DNA of 64,000 nt from Eledone cirrhosa (lineage: Eukaryota), in assembly GCA_964016885.1 (NCBI GenBank), contig OZ024745.1, positions 56,482,001-56,546,000 of the forward strand, read 5' to 3'. The notes under the pieces are model-generated. The model worked only from the letters and a program-made list of their open reading frames with translations. It made no database searches and was not told where the DNA came from. Of the stretch, positions 40,081-54,200 are shown piece after piece. The position numbers were made by a program, and so were the translations under genes. Position 1 is the stretch's first letter. The number at the start of each line of letters is the position of its first letter.

Positions 40081-40452
40081 TGGTAACAGTGAGGACCGAA
40101 TAAATTAAATTAACCGATATAAAAGACACAGAAGCGAAAACCAACCAAACATTGAGTATGTTCTGTTATTAATTCTGGCAATATTATTACACAAATATGA
40201 CCCTCGCCAAGTATAACAATATTTGATTCGACACACGATTTCATATCAAAAACCTCGCAAAACTAATATATATACATATATATATATGGAGGAAGTTATA
40301 GTTCACTTGAAGCATTGTGTAATGAGGTGTAAACGTTTGTATTTGTAAAGCCAAAACAATGCAGGTATGGACATAGAATATAAATGCAAACGATATTGTT
40401 GACAATTAGTCTTTTACCTTAAATTTATTTAAATGTCCTTAATTTCGAGATA

Positions 40453-40638
40453 ATTGTTTCTACTTTAGGCACAAGGCCAGTAATTACCCAGTGCATTACT
40501 GGTACTTTATTTTATCGACCCCGTAAGGATGAAAGGCAAAGTCAACCTCGGCGGGATTTGAACTCAGATCGTAAAGGGACGTAACTATGCTTGAAAGCAT
40601 GGCGTCCGACCCTCTACCGATACTGCCAATCCACCGCG
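40453..40638 (-). mobile_element. SINE inserted in the PLE left arm
   Basis: Full SINE present in the left arm and absent from the mirror arm. Confidence 0.92.
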
Positions 40639-41049
40639 GAGGGAAGTAAAGCGGTTAAACCAGTGTTCTAAATAGCTTGCCAAGTCATGCTGACAGGAAA
40701 TGGTATATAGTATCTGTTCTATCTCTAATGTCAAAGAGTTAAGGTTAGGTGGATAAAAGGTAGTCTCCCTTTAAAAGGGGTTTTGTACATGTATATTAAG
40801 TGTGTGGGAGAATACGTGAAGGTGTAGGTATGTGTGTGTGTGTGTGTGAGATATGTCTATACGTAAATGTGGGGGATAGATGCTCTCTCGTGTCAGAACT
40901 GGTCTTTGTGTGTGTATGTGTGTGTGTGAGAGAGAATAAGTGGAGATGTAGGCGCGTGTGTGTGTGTGTGTGTGTGCGTGTATGTGTGCGTGTGCGTGTG
41001 TGTGTGGGATGGGGGGGGGTCTAAGTATGGAGCTAGATGCTCTATCAAG

Positions 41050-41565
41050 TTATAAATTGATTGGTGGTTGTGTTTTATCTATAATTAGTGCTTCCTTAAT
41101 TCTAAGATTGCCGAGGTTTCTTTCCTTAGTTTCTATCCTAACTGTTATGCTTTTGTCGGTGTTTTTGCATTTCACTAGGTGTTTCTTAAATGAGGAAGCG
41201 TTAGTATTAAGGTGTTCTTTTATTCTTATGTGAAGTGGTCTGGTGGTACTACCTACGTAGAAGTTGCTACATTTGTCGCACACAAGTCTGTGTACGACGT
41301 ACGCCTGGTAGCATAGGTCTGTGTCGTTGATGGGACAGTTGGCTAGCCTGCAGTGGCTGTCATGTCTGGTGGAGTGTCTTTTGGTTAGCTGTCCGCGTAG
41401 AGAAGGTCCTGAGTGGGCTAGTTGGATATCTAGTCCATCTCGTCTGATAGTTCTGCGGATGGCTGTTGTTGTTTCGTCACTGAAGTGTGGGAGCTTCAGG
41501 AAGCAATTGTTAGTTCCTCGAGTGTGGTGTCCTCTGTTCTTTCTGGCATGGTTCGTGGTGGATAT
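41050..41565 (-). pseudogene. PLE linker + GIY-YIG endonuclease, 5'-truncated
   Basis: FLKLPHFSD..CRLANCPI..C..VVHRLVCDKCSNFYVGSTTRPLHIRIKEH..KH..LRIKEALII..PPIN. Confidence 0.88.
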
Positions 41566-41609
41566 TCGACATCTAGCCCCATACTTAGACCCCCCACCCC
41601 CACACACGC

Positions 41610-41665
<56 letters not shown>

Positions 41666-41770
41666 CTACGCCTCCACTTGTTCTCTCTCACACACACATA
41701 CACACACAAAGACCAGTTCTAACATGAGAGACCATATATCCCCCACATTTACGTATAGACATATCTCACA

Positions 41771-41835
<65 letters not shown>

Positions 41836-42021
41836 TTACACTTTCACGTATTCTCCCACACACTTAAACATACATGTACAAAACCCCTTTTAAAGGGAGA
41901 CTATTCTTTATCCACCTAACCTTAACTCTTTGACATTAGAGATAGAACAGATACTCTATACCATTTCCTGTCAGCATGACTTGGCAAGCTATTTAGAACG
42001 CTGGTTTAACCGCTTTACTTC

Positions 42022-42056
42022 CCTCCGAAGAAGAGATATTATCTCGAAAATTAAGG
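42022..42056 (+). ncRNA. Minimal hammerhead variant (CCGAAGA core)
   Basis: CCT-CCGAAGA-A-GAGAT-att-ATCTC-GAAA-AT-TA-AGG, AATAAA 8 nt later. Confidence 0.65.
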
Positions 42057-42671
42057 ACATTTAAATAAATTTAAGGTAAAAGACTAATTGTCAACAATAT
42101 CTTTTGCATTTGCATTTATATTCTATGTCCATACCTGCATTGTTTTGGCTTTACAAATACAAACGTTTATATATATATATATATATTTATAAAATTACCA
42201 CCCCACCTTAATTCTTCAATTTGTATGTGTGGATGTGTGTGCGTGTGTCTGTGGAGATGGGTGTGAGTGTACGTGAAAGCCAACCTACATAAGTCTTTTT
42301 ATTTGTAAATGTTATACTCTAACCATCATTTTCAGTAGCCCCACTCCACATAAATTCCTCGATTTAAGAATGACCTGTAGTATCTATTTCATACTATTAA
42401 CCTTAATTGAATATATATCTGACCAGGAATGCTTTTTGTGAAAATCAGTCATATGTAACTATTGTCATCTTGCCTGACGGTTTGAACTTTACAACACCAC
42501 CTGCCTCTTTGAGGTCAAATACCGACCCTACTAGCACCTACAAACTGACCAATGAGAATTAAGACTATTCCCGCTGACAACATTAAATTATTCCTTACAA
42601 GCTCATATGTCCCAAGGCTCTGATACCATCAACACTATAAACACAGAGCTGGCATATCTAAGAACTGACTA

Positions 42672-42727
42672 ACTGCCTGATGAGGGCATAGCCATTCAAT
42701 GGATATCATCGAAATATATATAACAGT
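42672..42727 (+). ncRNA. Type I hammerhead in a solo pLTR (about 42300-42780)
   Basis: ACTGc-CTGATGA-GGGCATAGCCA-ttcaa-TGGATATCATC-GAAA-TATATA-TA-aCAGT then AATAAA. CCAAT (42549) and TATAAA (42635) lie upstream; stem II is partly decayed. Confidence 0.75.
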
Positions 42728-45700
42728 AAATAAAGTATTATGAGTTCATGCAATTGACTTATGTTTCGTCACTATATTTATATATATATATACCCATATT
42801 TAAATGTATAGGTAATAATTTTCGCAAGGTGCACACAATTCAATGCGTGCTTAATTTAGATGGATTTAAATTAACAATCTTGGTTTAAATTACACACACA
42901 CACACATACACACACTCTCTCTCACACACACTTACATACACACACACACACATGTATATATATAGATACTTTTTTGTAATAATTAAATCTGCCGACTATG
43001 TGTCTGATTCACATTCATTAAGAGTTGAGCTTATTTATACTGTTTTCCTATATAGAATGATGGAGAGAGGCAGTTATTGAAAGATTTGATAGAAACTACT
43101 TTTTATTCCACATATCAGTAACATTTTTGATATGCAATGTATCTTTTAAAATTTATATTGATGTTCACAACAAGTTAGCTTTTCGTAAAATAAAAACGAG
43201 ATGTAGAGAAAGCATCAAACTGGCATATTAGCTCCAGAAAAAGCTAAAAACAAAAAAAAAAAATACCACCACGATATAATGTGATAATTTGAATCATGAA
43301 ACGAACATATGTCGGCAGCTAACTTTGATTTCCCGAAAGGTTGGTAAATGATGTTATGCAATTCAATAGATCGTGATGAATTAGATTGTAAAGACATACG
43401 AGGTTACGGAAATGCATTTAGCAAAACTTCATTTATTATCGCTACTGAAATGGGTAAATTATACCTTGTAGGAAATTAGATCTATCCATTAATATATACA
43501 GAAACTGAATGTGTTCCAAAATTATAGCGAATCTGATTAGCTGGTGATAAGAAATAGAAGTCATCTTCCTTATCAAGGGACATGGTACCGCGTATATTAG
43601 TAAAATGTCGACATGCGTTTCTACCTAATGTCGCAGTATTTATGATATACCTACCTTGATATTCTATCACAATAGCGTATCATGAATAGAACAAGCATTT
43701 ATTTTAAGCAAGTTTGTTTTACATATGTAGAAGATAACAAATGCGGCTATTTAATCGACCAAAAAATATACCTGGTATGGTTTATATACTCTAAAAAAAT
43801 CAAAAGTAAATAATTGTTTTACATAACCGTAATTTTCTTACGTAACAGCACAAGAATTTGTTTTTACCTCTCTGAATTCATTTACCGAAAGTAAGACAAA
43901 TCAGACCAGTTCGTATTTTTATATATTTATTAGATGTGAATTCCAGAGTTCTCTTCGTTGTCTTATTTGCACTTAATTATCATTAACTCTAATGAGTTTC
44001 ATCTTAGTACTGCGGTAATTTTAATTATAAATATTTTTTAATCAATAGGCTAATTATCTTAGCTCGTATGTATCCATAGACTCTTCATCCAGACGGCATT
44101 TGTGATGAATTTTCTAGTGTCATTATTTTAGTTTCCAAATTCATAAAAACTATATCCCGCCTATACAATATTTTGTTGTAAACTTCTTAGATCTGTTAAA
44201 TGGGAATTAGACATCATAGGGAAACAATAAGTCAAAAATATGTAAACATTTATCGATCTACTTACTAATTATCACACTCCCTCTTCACTGCATGCTTCCG
44301 TTAATTATTTTTAAAATCAATATATGCGTTGTACATTATCCACTTGCTATATGTAAAATAATTCCAAATAATTCTAATATGATTTATTATCATTGCCGAT
44401 GTAATTACGATGCTTTTATCACATTTGTTGGCTCGATATATTTAGTATATTGGAAATCACAATATGCTCTTCATGCATAAATCACGTTTGGGAAGTGTTC
44501 TGAAGGCTTTACCGCTGTTTAGCTTTATTATAATTTTATTAACGCAAAATACGCATGTAACATAATGTTACAGCATAAAGCGATGTTAAAACTTATTGAC
44601 TCATGTTACGAATATGGTTTCATATCCTATTCGAAGTAAATTCAGCTTTATTTCCACAACTACGTAACTTCCTTTTTAAAGGCAAGTTACAGCAGTAATA
44701 CGAAATCAGATACTGTATGCAAATAATACTAACGTGATATCAAGCTATTCCATTTGAATTGAATAATCAAAGTAGTTTAACATTTTCACCAGTAACGCCT
44801 ATCATAGGTAAATGTGACCCAATACATTCGTCACACTCAATTCCTAACCAGAAAGATGTGATACAGCGCTTCATCATTATTTGATAACCTGAACTGCATC
44901 GTAAATATTCTCAATACGTCATTGATGTAAATATACATAATTACTTGGAGAATGCAATTGAAATGACGAGTGTCATGATAATAGCTAAAGAAGAAACACC
45001 TACTATCTATCCTTCTATACATTATAAATCCAACGTCAAATTCCGTGTGGTGTTAAACACTTGTTAAAAATGAAAAATAAAACTCGTATCCTAGTTAGAA
45101 GTAGCTTCCACCATTCAATAGCATTCTGTGAATGCTGGATATATCTATTCCTTACACAGCAATCTAAACTAACAGAAACACGGCAATGAATGTGTCCTCT
45201 AATTTGTTTTAGTGGGTACAATCTTTTACTAAATGCTTCCAAAAATTAATAGAATAATTCATAATGCCGGTTACTGTATGATTGACAAAAAGGACGGCCT
45301 TGCACGACTGGGGTACCTTTGATTAAAATCCTCATCAGACTGAATCATATAATAAATAAGTTACAAAAACATAACATATACGGTAATTAAGTTCCGTAAC
45401 CCAATGTTTATACCATACACTCTCACTCTAATCCAGTGTTTATTTTATTTTTGTTATATTTCAACTTCTTTGATCCTTGCAACGATACATCAGCTATGTG
45501 ATGCACATTGAAATATATAGTATATTTAGTTTTAAAATCTATAAATTACAATGAAGAGGAATTGAACATCAAAATATAAAACACCTACTTCCAATTCAAA
45601 TTGCACGCCGCTTTGTTCCCAAATTATTCAACTTGCACTTAATGATAATTCACGACTTAGTTGAGGGAAATACATACAAACTCGTTTATGGGTTTCCCTT

Positions 45701-46599
45701 TAATGTCACTGGGGACCGTATATATTCCACTACATATACACTAGTAATAATATTTGTATGTCAAACAAAAGCATATTTTATGTTGAAAATTATAGCTGGT
45801 GTTGTTTAAACACTATGTAAACACGATTTACACATAGATTTCAGACCTCAATGGATATGAAATAAAATTTAACATTTTTCGTAGAGTAATGTAAAATCAA
45901 AAGCTATAAATAACGAAATAAAATTATTCGGCTTTAAACTGGTGCAACGTCACATCGAGATTATACGTTTTTTATCAAGATTACTAGCACTTGATATAGC
46001 TACTCGTTCTAATAGGAGATTTATAGTCGACTATATTTAATCATTGTGCAAGAGCGAACGAGATATTGACGCATTTGAGATTCAGGCTGGTACATGCAAC
46101 AAAATACACTCGACCTATACTCTACTCAATCTTCTGTTTGCCCTTGCAAGGCATCTATGCTTACACATGTCTTTTAATTGCTGATAATATTTGCTGGTCG
46201 TAACTACAAAAAAGAGTGATGCAATTCTATAAAATATGGCATCGTCCCCATATCCATCAAAAGCAATTATTGCAATTGCTGCTATGATAGAAAGTGAAGT
46301 ATATGATTCATGTAATTGAATGGATAAATGTCGGCATATTTATGTCATTTTCAGATAGAACCTTTGCACAGACCACTGACGACGTATTTGAAATTAGCAT
46401 TAATGAGGAGATTTCCTATGCACAGTATAGAAAATTGAAGATTTCTGTTAAAAGATAATCAGAGACATATACAGTTAAATATATTCTCAGTTATATTTCA
46501 TAATGTTTTTTTTTTGTTATAGTCATTTATATTGGGAGGACTATATGTCAAATGTCATACACACACACATACCCCCCCCCCATATATATATATGATAAG

Positions 46600-47383
46600 A
46601 GGTCATCCTCCACACTTGCTATCAGGAACGCGTTCAGTGTTCACCTCTCTCCAGAGAGGTGCATTCTCGTGAGGTGGAGAGTATACTTTGCAGATCTCCT
46701 AAATACGATCACAACAGCATTTTCTGATGAGTCTGGGAGCGGTGAGCAATCTTTCGAGACTGAGATCACAAGTGCACTTGAAGAGCTCACATGTAGCCCC
46801 TGGGGAATATGAAATCCGGCCCGAGATATTAAAGGCCCTAAATGGAGAGGGTATTGCCTGGTGGACTCATGTGTGCCAGATGGCCTCGATCTCTGGAAAG
46901 GCACCTAAATAATGGCATTCGGGTGTGATAGTCCGAATTTTCAAAAAAGGACACATGAGTGACTGTTCCAATTACAGAGGGATCTCCTTGTTAAGCCACC
47001 CTATGATAAGTGTCGGGCAATAGGTTGTAGGGAAATTGTCGATCATAAGCTAGCTGATGAACAGTGCGCATTTCGTAACATACGCAGCGCAGTTGACCTA
47101 TTTACACTGAGGCAGCTCTTTGAGAAATTGTGGAAGTGTTGCCAAGAGGAGTACAGTTGTTCTGTAGACCTTGAAAAGGCATATGACCGCGTTCCTCGGG
47201 ACCTGCTGTGGAATGTTCTGCAGGAGTATGGGATCGATGTTCAGCATCTTGTTGCCCTGATGTCTCTATACGGTTCTCTTAATATTTGTGTTCTGATAAA
47301 TGGTGCTAAATCAAAACCTGTAATGTGGGAGTAGGGTTCCGCCAGGGTGCGTACTGTCACCTCTCCTGTTCATTATTTACATC
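46600..47383 (+). pseudogene. RTE-clade LINE RT fragment
   Basis: RWRVYFADLLN, APGEYEIRPEILK, IFKKG..CSNYRGISLLS, DLEKAYDRVPR, RQGCVLSPLLF. Confidence 0.9.
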
Positions 47384-47384
47384 A

Positions 47385-47573
47385 GGGGCGGTGGATTGGC
47401 AGTGTCGCTAGTGCGTCGGACGCTATGCTTTGACGCATAGAGTTACGGCCCTTGCCATTGTGAGTTTAAATCTCTTCCGAGATTAACTTTGCCTTTCATC
47501 CCTACGGGGTCGATAAAATAAATTACCAGTAATGCACTGGGTAATTGCTGGCCTTGTACCAAATGTAGAAACA
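47385..47573 (+). mobile_element. SINE with 13-bp target-site duplication
   Basis: attatttacatca at 47372-47384 and 47574-47586. Confidence 0.92.
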
Positions 47574-47859
47574 ATTATTTACATCAACGAGATTGAAATG
47601 CTTAGGTGGGTTGGAAGTGCTATCATGCCTGGCGGGTGTAAAAATTGGACTCGGAAAAGCACAATTTTGTCATCAGACACTAGATGGCGATGATATAGAC
47701 GATGGTACTGGTGGGGATAGGTTGTTATTCCATTCATATTTTCCGTTGTGTAGAGGTTTTGCTTCCGTTAATGGCTGATTTGTTTGACCTGACACCTGGA
47801 TATGTTCACTGCGCTGCCATGATCTAATTTAGCATATTTATTGACAACTGATGAACGCT

Positions 47860-48130
47860 TCTTATTTCAACTCTCCCCAATGCATTCTGGACTTTTCCAT
47901 GACACTATGAATCTTTTCCCATATGTATGTTTTGGTAGCATTCCTACATTGTCCCTCTTTGCATCTCATACTCGATACAATATTTCTAGTTCTACAATTT
48001 AGATTTGAGCTTACGTTTAAGACTACGGAATCATTATCAATTAGGCTTTCTTTCTTAAAATGGTAAGTTATTTGGATTAGGGATTTAATTGGGATATAGA
48101 TTTTCTTTACCATACATCTAAGATTCAATT
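47860..48130 (-). pseudogene. PLE GIY-YIG relic
   Basis: LNCRTRNIVSSMRCKEGQCRNATKTYIWE parallels INCKTRKVVYSIRCTEGTCRNITTTYIGE at about 38300-38400. Confidence 0.6.
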
Positions 48131-49399
48131 TTTCAAACTCTCTTTGTTAGTGTGCATTTAAAATAATTAAATTCCGTTTGCTTGTTTTCATCATATCTGC
48201 TCGAAATATGTGACGCGTATTTTATCAATTCCTGGAATAGTATAGATAAGAAAGAAATAGAATGTTATATTTAGACGCATCAGTCAAACTACTTCCTTTT
48301 TTGTTGATATTAACCTGCAAGTAAGTATCCTCTTTGTCTAGTGAGAAACTGCATATTGCTCCGATATTAAACATGTTTTTAAAAATGTGGATAAACCAAT
48401 TTGAATATATAATTCATTTTTTGTAGCTAATTCAATATTTGACTGGTGAGTTAATAGAATTTTGTTCAATGATATACTATACTAGATAAAATATCTATTG
48501 ATTTTTAGTCAGCACTGTATTTATTCACAGGTGTAGACGCTTTGTCTGAATATATAATATCTTTCAGGTTAGGAAAAAGTTATATATATAGATAATGTAC
48601 TAACCTGTGTCTCAACATACAATTCCAAGTCAATTGAAATGGTAATCATTATTATTTTAGTAGACATATTTGTTTTACTTTGATTTACTGTACAGTAGAG
48701 CACAGTGCAGTAAAACTAATTTCTAATTTCGGAGCAATGGATGTTTCTTCATGCTATCTTGATTTAATATTTTGCATGCACTTGTGCAAAGCCTAGTCAT
48801 GAGATTCTAGGTATGGTGTGTATTCAGTTCTAAATCTAGTATGTTTTTTGTCAAATTGACAGAATAATATGAGTATTCAGACGTGTGTTCCTGCTCTGGG
48901 TGTCCTGAGTTGAAATGTTGCTGGGGGGGGGGGGGGGGGGGGGGCACACACGCATTTTCTTGCGGTATTTAAGTGTCAATAACGGTCGTATTAGATTCAC
49001 ACAGGGAATTGTTAAAATCGTTTGAGTTGCTACTATGATATTTGTACCGAATGTTGCGTTTTGCATTCAAATGTAACTCCTAAAAATTGCCAAAGCGGGA
49101 CATGAAGCAGTATTTCGTGGCACATTTCTAAATGATTGACCGCTAGTATCAGATGTCAGCACAGGTTTCTTTTCAACATTTCGTTCGTATCAATGAAAAA
49201 TCATGAGACCTTTATCAATGAAAAATTTGAGAGCTTTATCTAACTCAGATCAACACAAGACACACAAACAATCAATGCACTTGTAGCACTCCAGCCTCAT
49301 CAAGAAGGCGCTCGTGTAGATTTCCAAAATGAAGGTGTGTAGAGCGCTTGTCACAACCTCCTTCACCTCCCACACATCCTCACATCAGATAACCTGGAC

Positions 49400-49800
49400 A
49401 TTTTTGCCTGGTCTTCTTGGGTCTCGGAATGTTTTTATGGGTATCTGCGCTTGTTCTCTGGATCATAACAGCAGACCCAGGTTTCGTCATAGGTTACCAG
49501 GACACAAGGACACTTAGATTTGAAGTGATCCACTCGACCATCTGCCTGCTGTCAGCAACGTGCCTCTGACTTTGAGCTTCATTGAGCATCCTGGGAACAT
49601 ATTTGGCACAAAAGTTGCGCACATTTAAATCGTCAGTCATGTATGACTGTTCATAGTGCCCCTAGCTACTTCAAATTGTTTAGCAATCTTCAGAGGAGAG
49701 GCACGAGAGTGTTCGTCCAGATATTTCCGAATTGTATCGACCAAATTTAGCGTCTTCATGTCAGTCTCCCTGCCACATGTCTCATCATCCCTCACCTCTT
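49400..49800 (-). pseudogene. mariner transposase relic
   Basis: Minus translation DLNVRNFCAKYVPRMLNEAQ and LVTYDETWVCCYDPENKR (WVPxxL and TGDEtW..YDP motifs). Confidence 0.82.
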
Positions 49801-52800
49801 GTGCCAGCGCAAAACAGCCGCCCGGCTCATAAACCTTAGTACGTAAGCAGTTATGACTATTTCATAGGTTTCTGCAGCGTGTTTGTCGCGCTCGACACAA
49901 AACTATACTGCATAACGAGCTTCGACGTATAGTGTTTACAGTGTTGTACCGGCCCAAACAGTCAACTTGAAAAAGAAAGATTTGACATGTGAGCGCCTTA
50001 TAAACATATCAAGGATACATTAGAGTAGGAATTACGTCACTCAATTAAAATAGCCTGAAACGAAAAAGTCTCAAAACCTCTTGAGTGTATCTCGTATATG
50101 CAAGAATACCTAGTATATAATAGAAACTTCATCGAGCGATATGATCATATATTTCTTTCAGAAATCTAACGGCCGTCTTTATAATTCTTATATGTTATGT
50201 TATTAACAGACTTGGTCATATTCTTTTATGTACCAATTGAAGATAATATATATATTGAATATAGGCTAATACCAGCATTCATAGTCGAAACCAATAAGAA
50301 AATGCCTTTCAATATTTCGTTCATTATCCTATCAATTAAATGCCTAACTGCGTATAACAATTTATTGCACTAACCGTATCGAAGTCCAATAGCTGTATGC
50401 TTGATATTGTCTTAGAACCATTCTTATGAAATCACCCTTAAGATAAAATATATGATTATAGGAACACGAATACAGCCACATAAATGCACACCACCTGACC
50501 CTCGGCAGAGTCGTTAGATTTGCTATAAAATTACGGCAAAATCTCCAGCAATAATAGCGTAGAATAATAGAGGAAGGAAGCTTTATTGAGATCCAGTATG
50601 CGGATGTTAATCATTGGAACGCGTTGGATCATAGTTCCTCAAGAGGAAAGCTGGTACGGAGCTAAAAGAGTCATGCGTGTGCATATATCTATACACACTC
50701 GAGCATATACAATGATCAGGCTTTATCCGAAATATATAAAACAATTTTTTAAATGAATGCCTATTGTTTTACAATTATCCTCTTGTGCATTGGTAGCCGC
50801 TTAAAAATTACAGCAATGCTGCTGTTCTAGTTATACAACAAAACAGAAACATTCAATTACTGAGACATATTTGCGAACACCATTCATTACATCACCTCTT
50901 AACTCATTTAAATTATACATCATTAAATGGGGAAAATTATCTAATGTTTCCAATGTAGGAATGGTTTCCCAAAACAATCAACTGAAATATTATTGCATAT
51001 TGGGTGATTCAAACAGCCAATTATATGATAATATTAGTTTGACGCTAAACTCCGCTAGTTGCAGACTAATCATCAACATGAGATATTTTTCTCCACAAAG
51101 TTCGATCACCAATAGAATATGTACTTTCAATCAAATGTAAATTGGTCTTCGAAGCTCACCGGTGTCATGTTTTTTTATGGTCAAGTCCGCCCGAAAATTT
51201 TCAAAACTCAATACTATTTAAATTGTATTCATTTGCCAATTGCAGTCAAATTCAGAAGCAATGGAAAATATACGATATACATAATAGCCGCACGAAGGAT
51301 TTGAGAATTCTTAGAGTACTTAGCAAGTAACGGACGAGGTCGCTAGAAGAAAGGCCTGGTATCAGGTTTATGTTGCAAGATTGGAAGCAAAAGTAAGAGG
51401 TTGCCGATGTTCTCTATTGGGACCCTCCTGTTTATTATTGTCCCAAGGCCATAGCAAGGCTGGATATGCTTTCATGATCATTTATGCTAGTAAACGCATT
51501 ATTGAAATTAAATTGTAAACGAGTTTGAGCAGAAGTTTCAGTCTTGTAAACTAAATCTGAAATCAAAATGTCTTCAATAGAACATAGCAAAACTAAAATG
51601 TTTGTACGTAGGAATGAGGGTAGGAATCAAATAGCATCAAATAAATAGTTATCTTCAACATGCCAAAGACAACTGGGTAGACGCTCCATATGATGTACTC
51701 AGTGTATACATTGGAGGCAAACGTGATATACTGAAATTGCAAGGAGGCAAAGAAGATAGATGTCAGATGTGTCTGGTGCACTGGAGTGTTCAACTATAAG
51801 TATTTTCGGGAAATGTACTGCAGCAAGTGCTCGGATGGGTCAGTAGAAGCAGTGGATAATAATTCCTATGTAGCGGTGGCGGTTGATGTATTGAAATTGT
51901 TATAACTAGGGTGGAAGAAATTCAGGGAATTGTTATATTTGCTGGTAACAAAAGTATTCTTTCCTCAGAGAGAATGGCAGATTATATGATGATGCTCGAA
52001 CGGTATATGTGTAAAACAGAAATAAAGCATACATTTTAGTGTATCTGATTGTCAGTGAATGTGTGAAGGGAAAGAATAACTGATATATGAGTAATAAAAA
52101 CCAACATGTAAGGGTTTACGGTTGTGATGAAATTATCATGTCATTAATAAGGTGGGGAGCATTGCATTAAAATGTGACAAGCGATGAAATTGGCGGGATT
52201 TACGAAAGTGGGAAACAAAGGAGGGCGTGGGAAGATGTGAAGTATGGTATGAAGAAAATGAACTTCATGAAGGAGATGTGAAGAGGACCGAGCTCTTACA
52301 AATAAAAATGCGTGTCCAGCATTTCGCGTTATATTAGAATGGCAAACATACACAGAATATTACATAAGTGTATTAAAATTTGCTGAATAAATAATAAATT
52401 TTAAATTAAATAATGGTGTAATGAAATAAGCTTTAACGTATGTATAAAGGTGAAAATTCCACACTGACAGCGGGGAATATTTATTTGTAAGCAAAACATG
52501 CGATCTCCTCAGTCATTGAAGACAACACCAATTTATTATGGGTACACACGTTTCTATAGAGGCGTTTCTGCTAAATAAATATAATTTATTGGTAATCTAT
52601 CTACGAGATAAATGATATCTCTTTTATGTTATTGAAAATTTAGAAAAATTACCATATGTTCAATAAATTACAAATATAAACTTAGGAATTAAGAATTAAA
52701 AGAGAGAAAATTTAACAATATATAGCAATAAATAATAGAATAAAAATGTATTGGTTATTAATAAACGAAATTAGCGATCGTTTAAGAATATAAAATAATC

Positions 52801-53219
52801 ATTACAAAATCACATTTAGGGGTTCAGAATATGATAAAAATAATATCAAAATCAAAACTAAAAATAAAATTAAATTAACAGATATAATTGATCCATAGAA
52901 CTAAACGTACTTATACACAGGAATGCAAATGAAAATAAAAATAAACGATTTGGTGTATATAGAAAGTGTCATGAGTGATCAGGTAATTCAGAAGAGAAAC
53001 ATAACCTTCAATATATTATTAGATTAAATTAATAGGATAAAGGAGGCAATTGTTCATAAAAATCATTATAAGTTAAATTTCAAACTCCATTGGGGAATGA
53101 AAACGCGATATTTCCAAGATGTGCTCATTTTCTAGAGCACAAAAACAACACTGACCGTATGTAAGACCACAGAACGTTCTAGAGAAGGACAAAGGGAATG
53201 TATACATGTGGGAAAGACT

Positions 53220-53418
53220 GTTTTCTCATTTAGTCAAAAGGCCAACAATTTTGGGGGTGGGGAAAGTGCGTTACTGTTACTTTATTTCATCGAGCCCGTA
53301 AAGATAAATGGCAACGCTATTCTCGGCATGATTTAAACTCAGAACATAAAGACACGCAACTCTATGCCATAAAATACCTTGTCCGACGCACTACCAATAC
53401 TGCCAATCCATCTACCTT
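53220..53418 (-). mobile_element. Degenerate SINE copy
   Basis: tttatttcatcgagcccgtaaaagataaatggcaac..tttaaactcag..gtccgacgcactaccaatactgccaatcca. Confidence 0.78.
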
Positions 53419-53759
53419 ATTCTTCAGATTCAAATGTCTAGAATTGAACACAGTTATTTCTAGGACCTCAGTTAAGCGTCCATAATATTGAGACCCAACA
53501 TAGACAACACTGAATAGTAAAAAATACGTAAATCTCAAATAAAATCTGCAAGAGAAACAATGTTATTTTTTAAATTTTCATTCTTAAAGGAATGTAAGTT
53601 AAATAATACCGCACCTTAAAAGCGATAGGATTAGCATTTATATAATAGTTTCTATACTTTCAGTGATGGCAGTGCATTTATATGCTACATTTCCATTAAG
53701 CCAATGAATTTTAAGGGGAGAATTAACAGTGATTCTGCAATTACAAGATAAATTAGCTA

Positions 53760-54200
53760 TGTCAAACCACTCCATTAAGATTGTGAACAGGAGAGGGGAC
53801 AGTACGTAACCTCGAAGGAATCCGACATCCACATTGAATGGTTTCGACTTAACACCATTTATCTGTACACAAGTACTAAGGTATACATACAGAGATACCC
53901 AATCAATATGAAGCTGTCCATCGATCCCTGAAGGACTCTCCGCAACAGGGCCCGCGTAACGTGGTCATATGCTATGTTGAGGTCTACGAAACAAGTATAC
54001 ACGCCCTTTCAATATTCCCGCGATTTGCCAAAGTCCTACCGCATTATGAAGATTTGGCCTGCTGCATCCGGGGTCAAATAATACTGCTCGCCAACTAACA
54101 TGGCCTCAAGAATATTCCTACATCCGTTTGCCAGACAGAGGATAGATATTACACAGGAGGCTTAACAAGGATATTCCTTCATAATTTGAACTATCCTCCC
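53760..54200 (-). pseudogene. RTE-clade LINE RT fragment
   Basis: VDLNIAYDHV, CVQINGVKSKPFNVDVGFLRGYVLSPLLF; same family as 46600-47383. Confidence 0.8.

Larger units (their letters stand above)
37570..40222 (-). mobile_element. 5'-truncated PLE with ~140-bp inverted terminal arms
   Basis: 37570-37706 mirrors 40081-40222; the interior has RT, GIY-YIG, 3'UTR and a hammerhead; left end at (TA)n. Confidence 0.9.
40330..42169 (-). mobile_element. Short PLE (GIY-YIG only) with ~600-bp inverted terminal arms
   Basis: 40330-41039, excluding the SINE, mirrors 41570-42169 including the (CA)n tracts; right end at (TA)n. Confidence 0.92.

Noticed and set aside
48270-48575. Two candidate micro-exons with good splice signals
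   Set aside because: Joining them gives stops in all three frames; no protein similarity.
51590-52330. Possible very old L2/CR1 relic on the minus strand
   Set aside because: Only vague similarity to LINE C-termini; no diagnostic motif.
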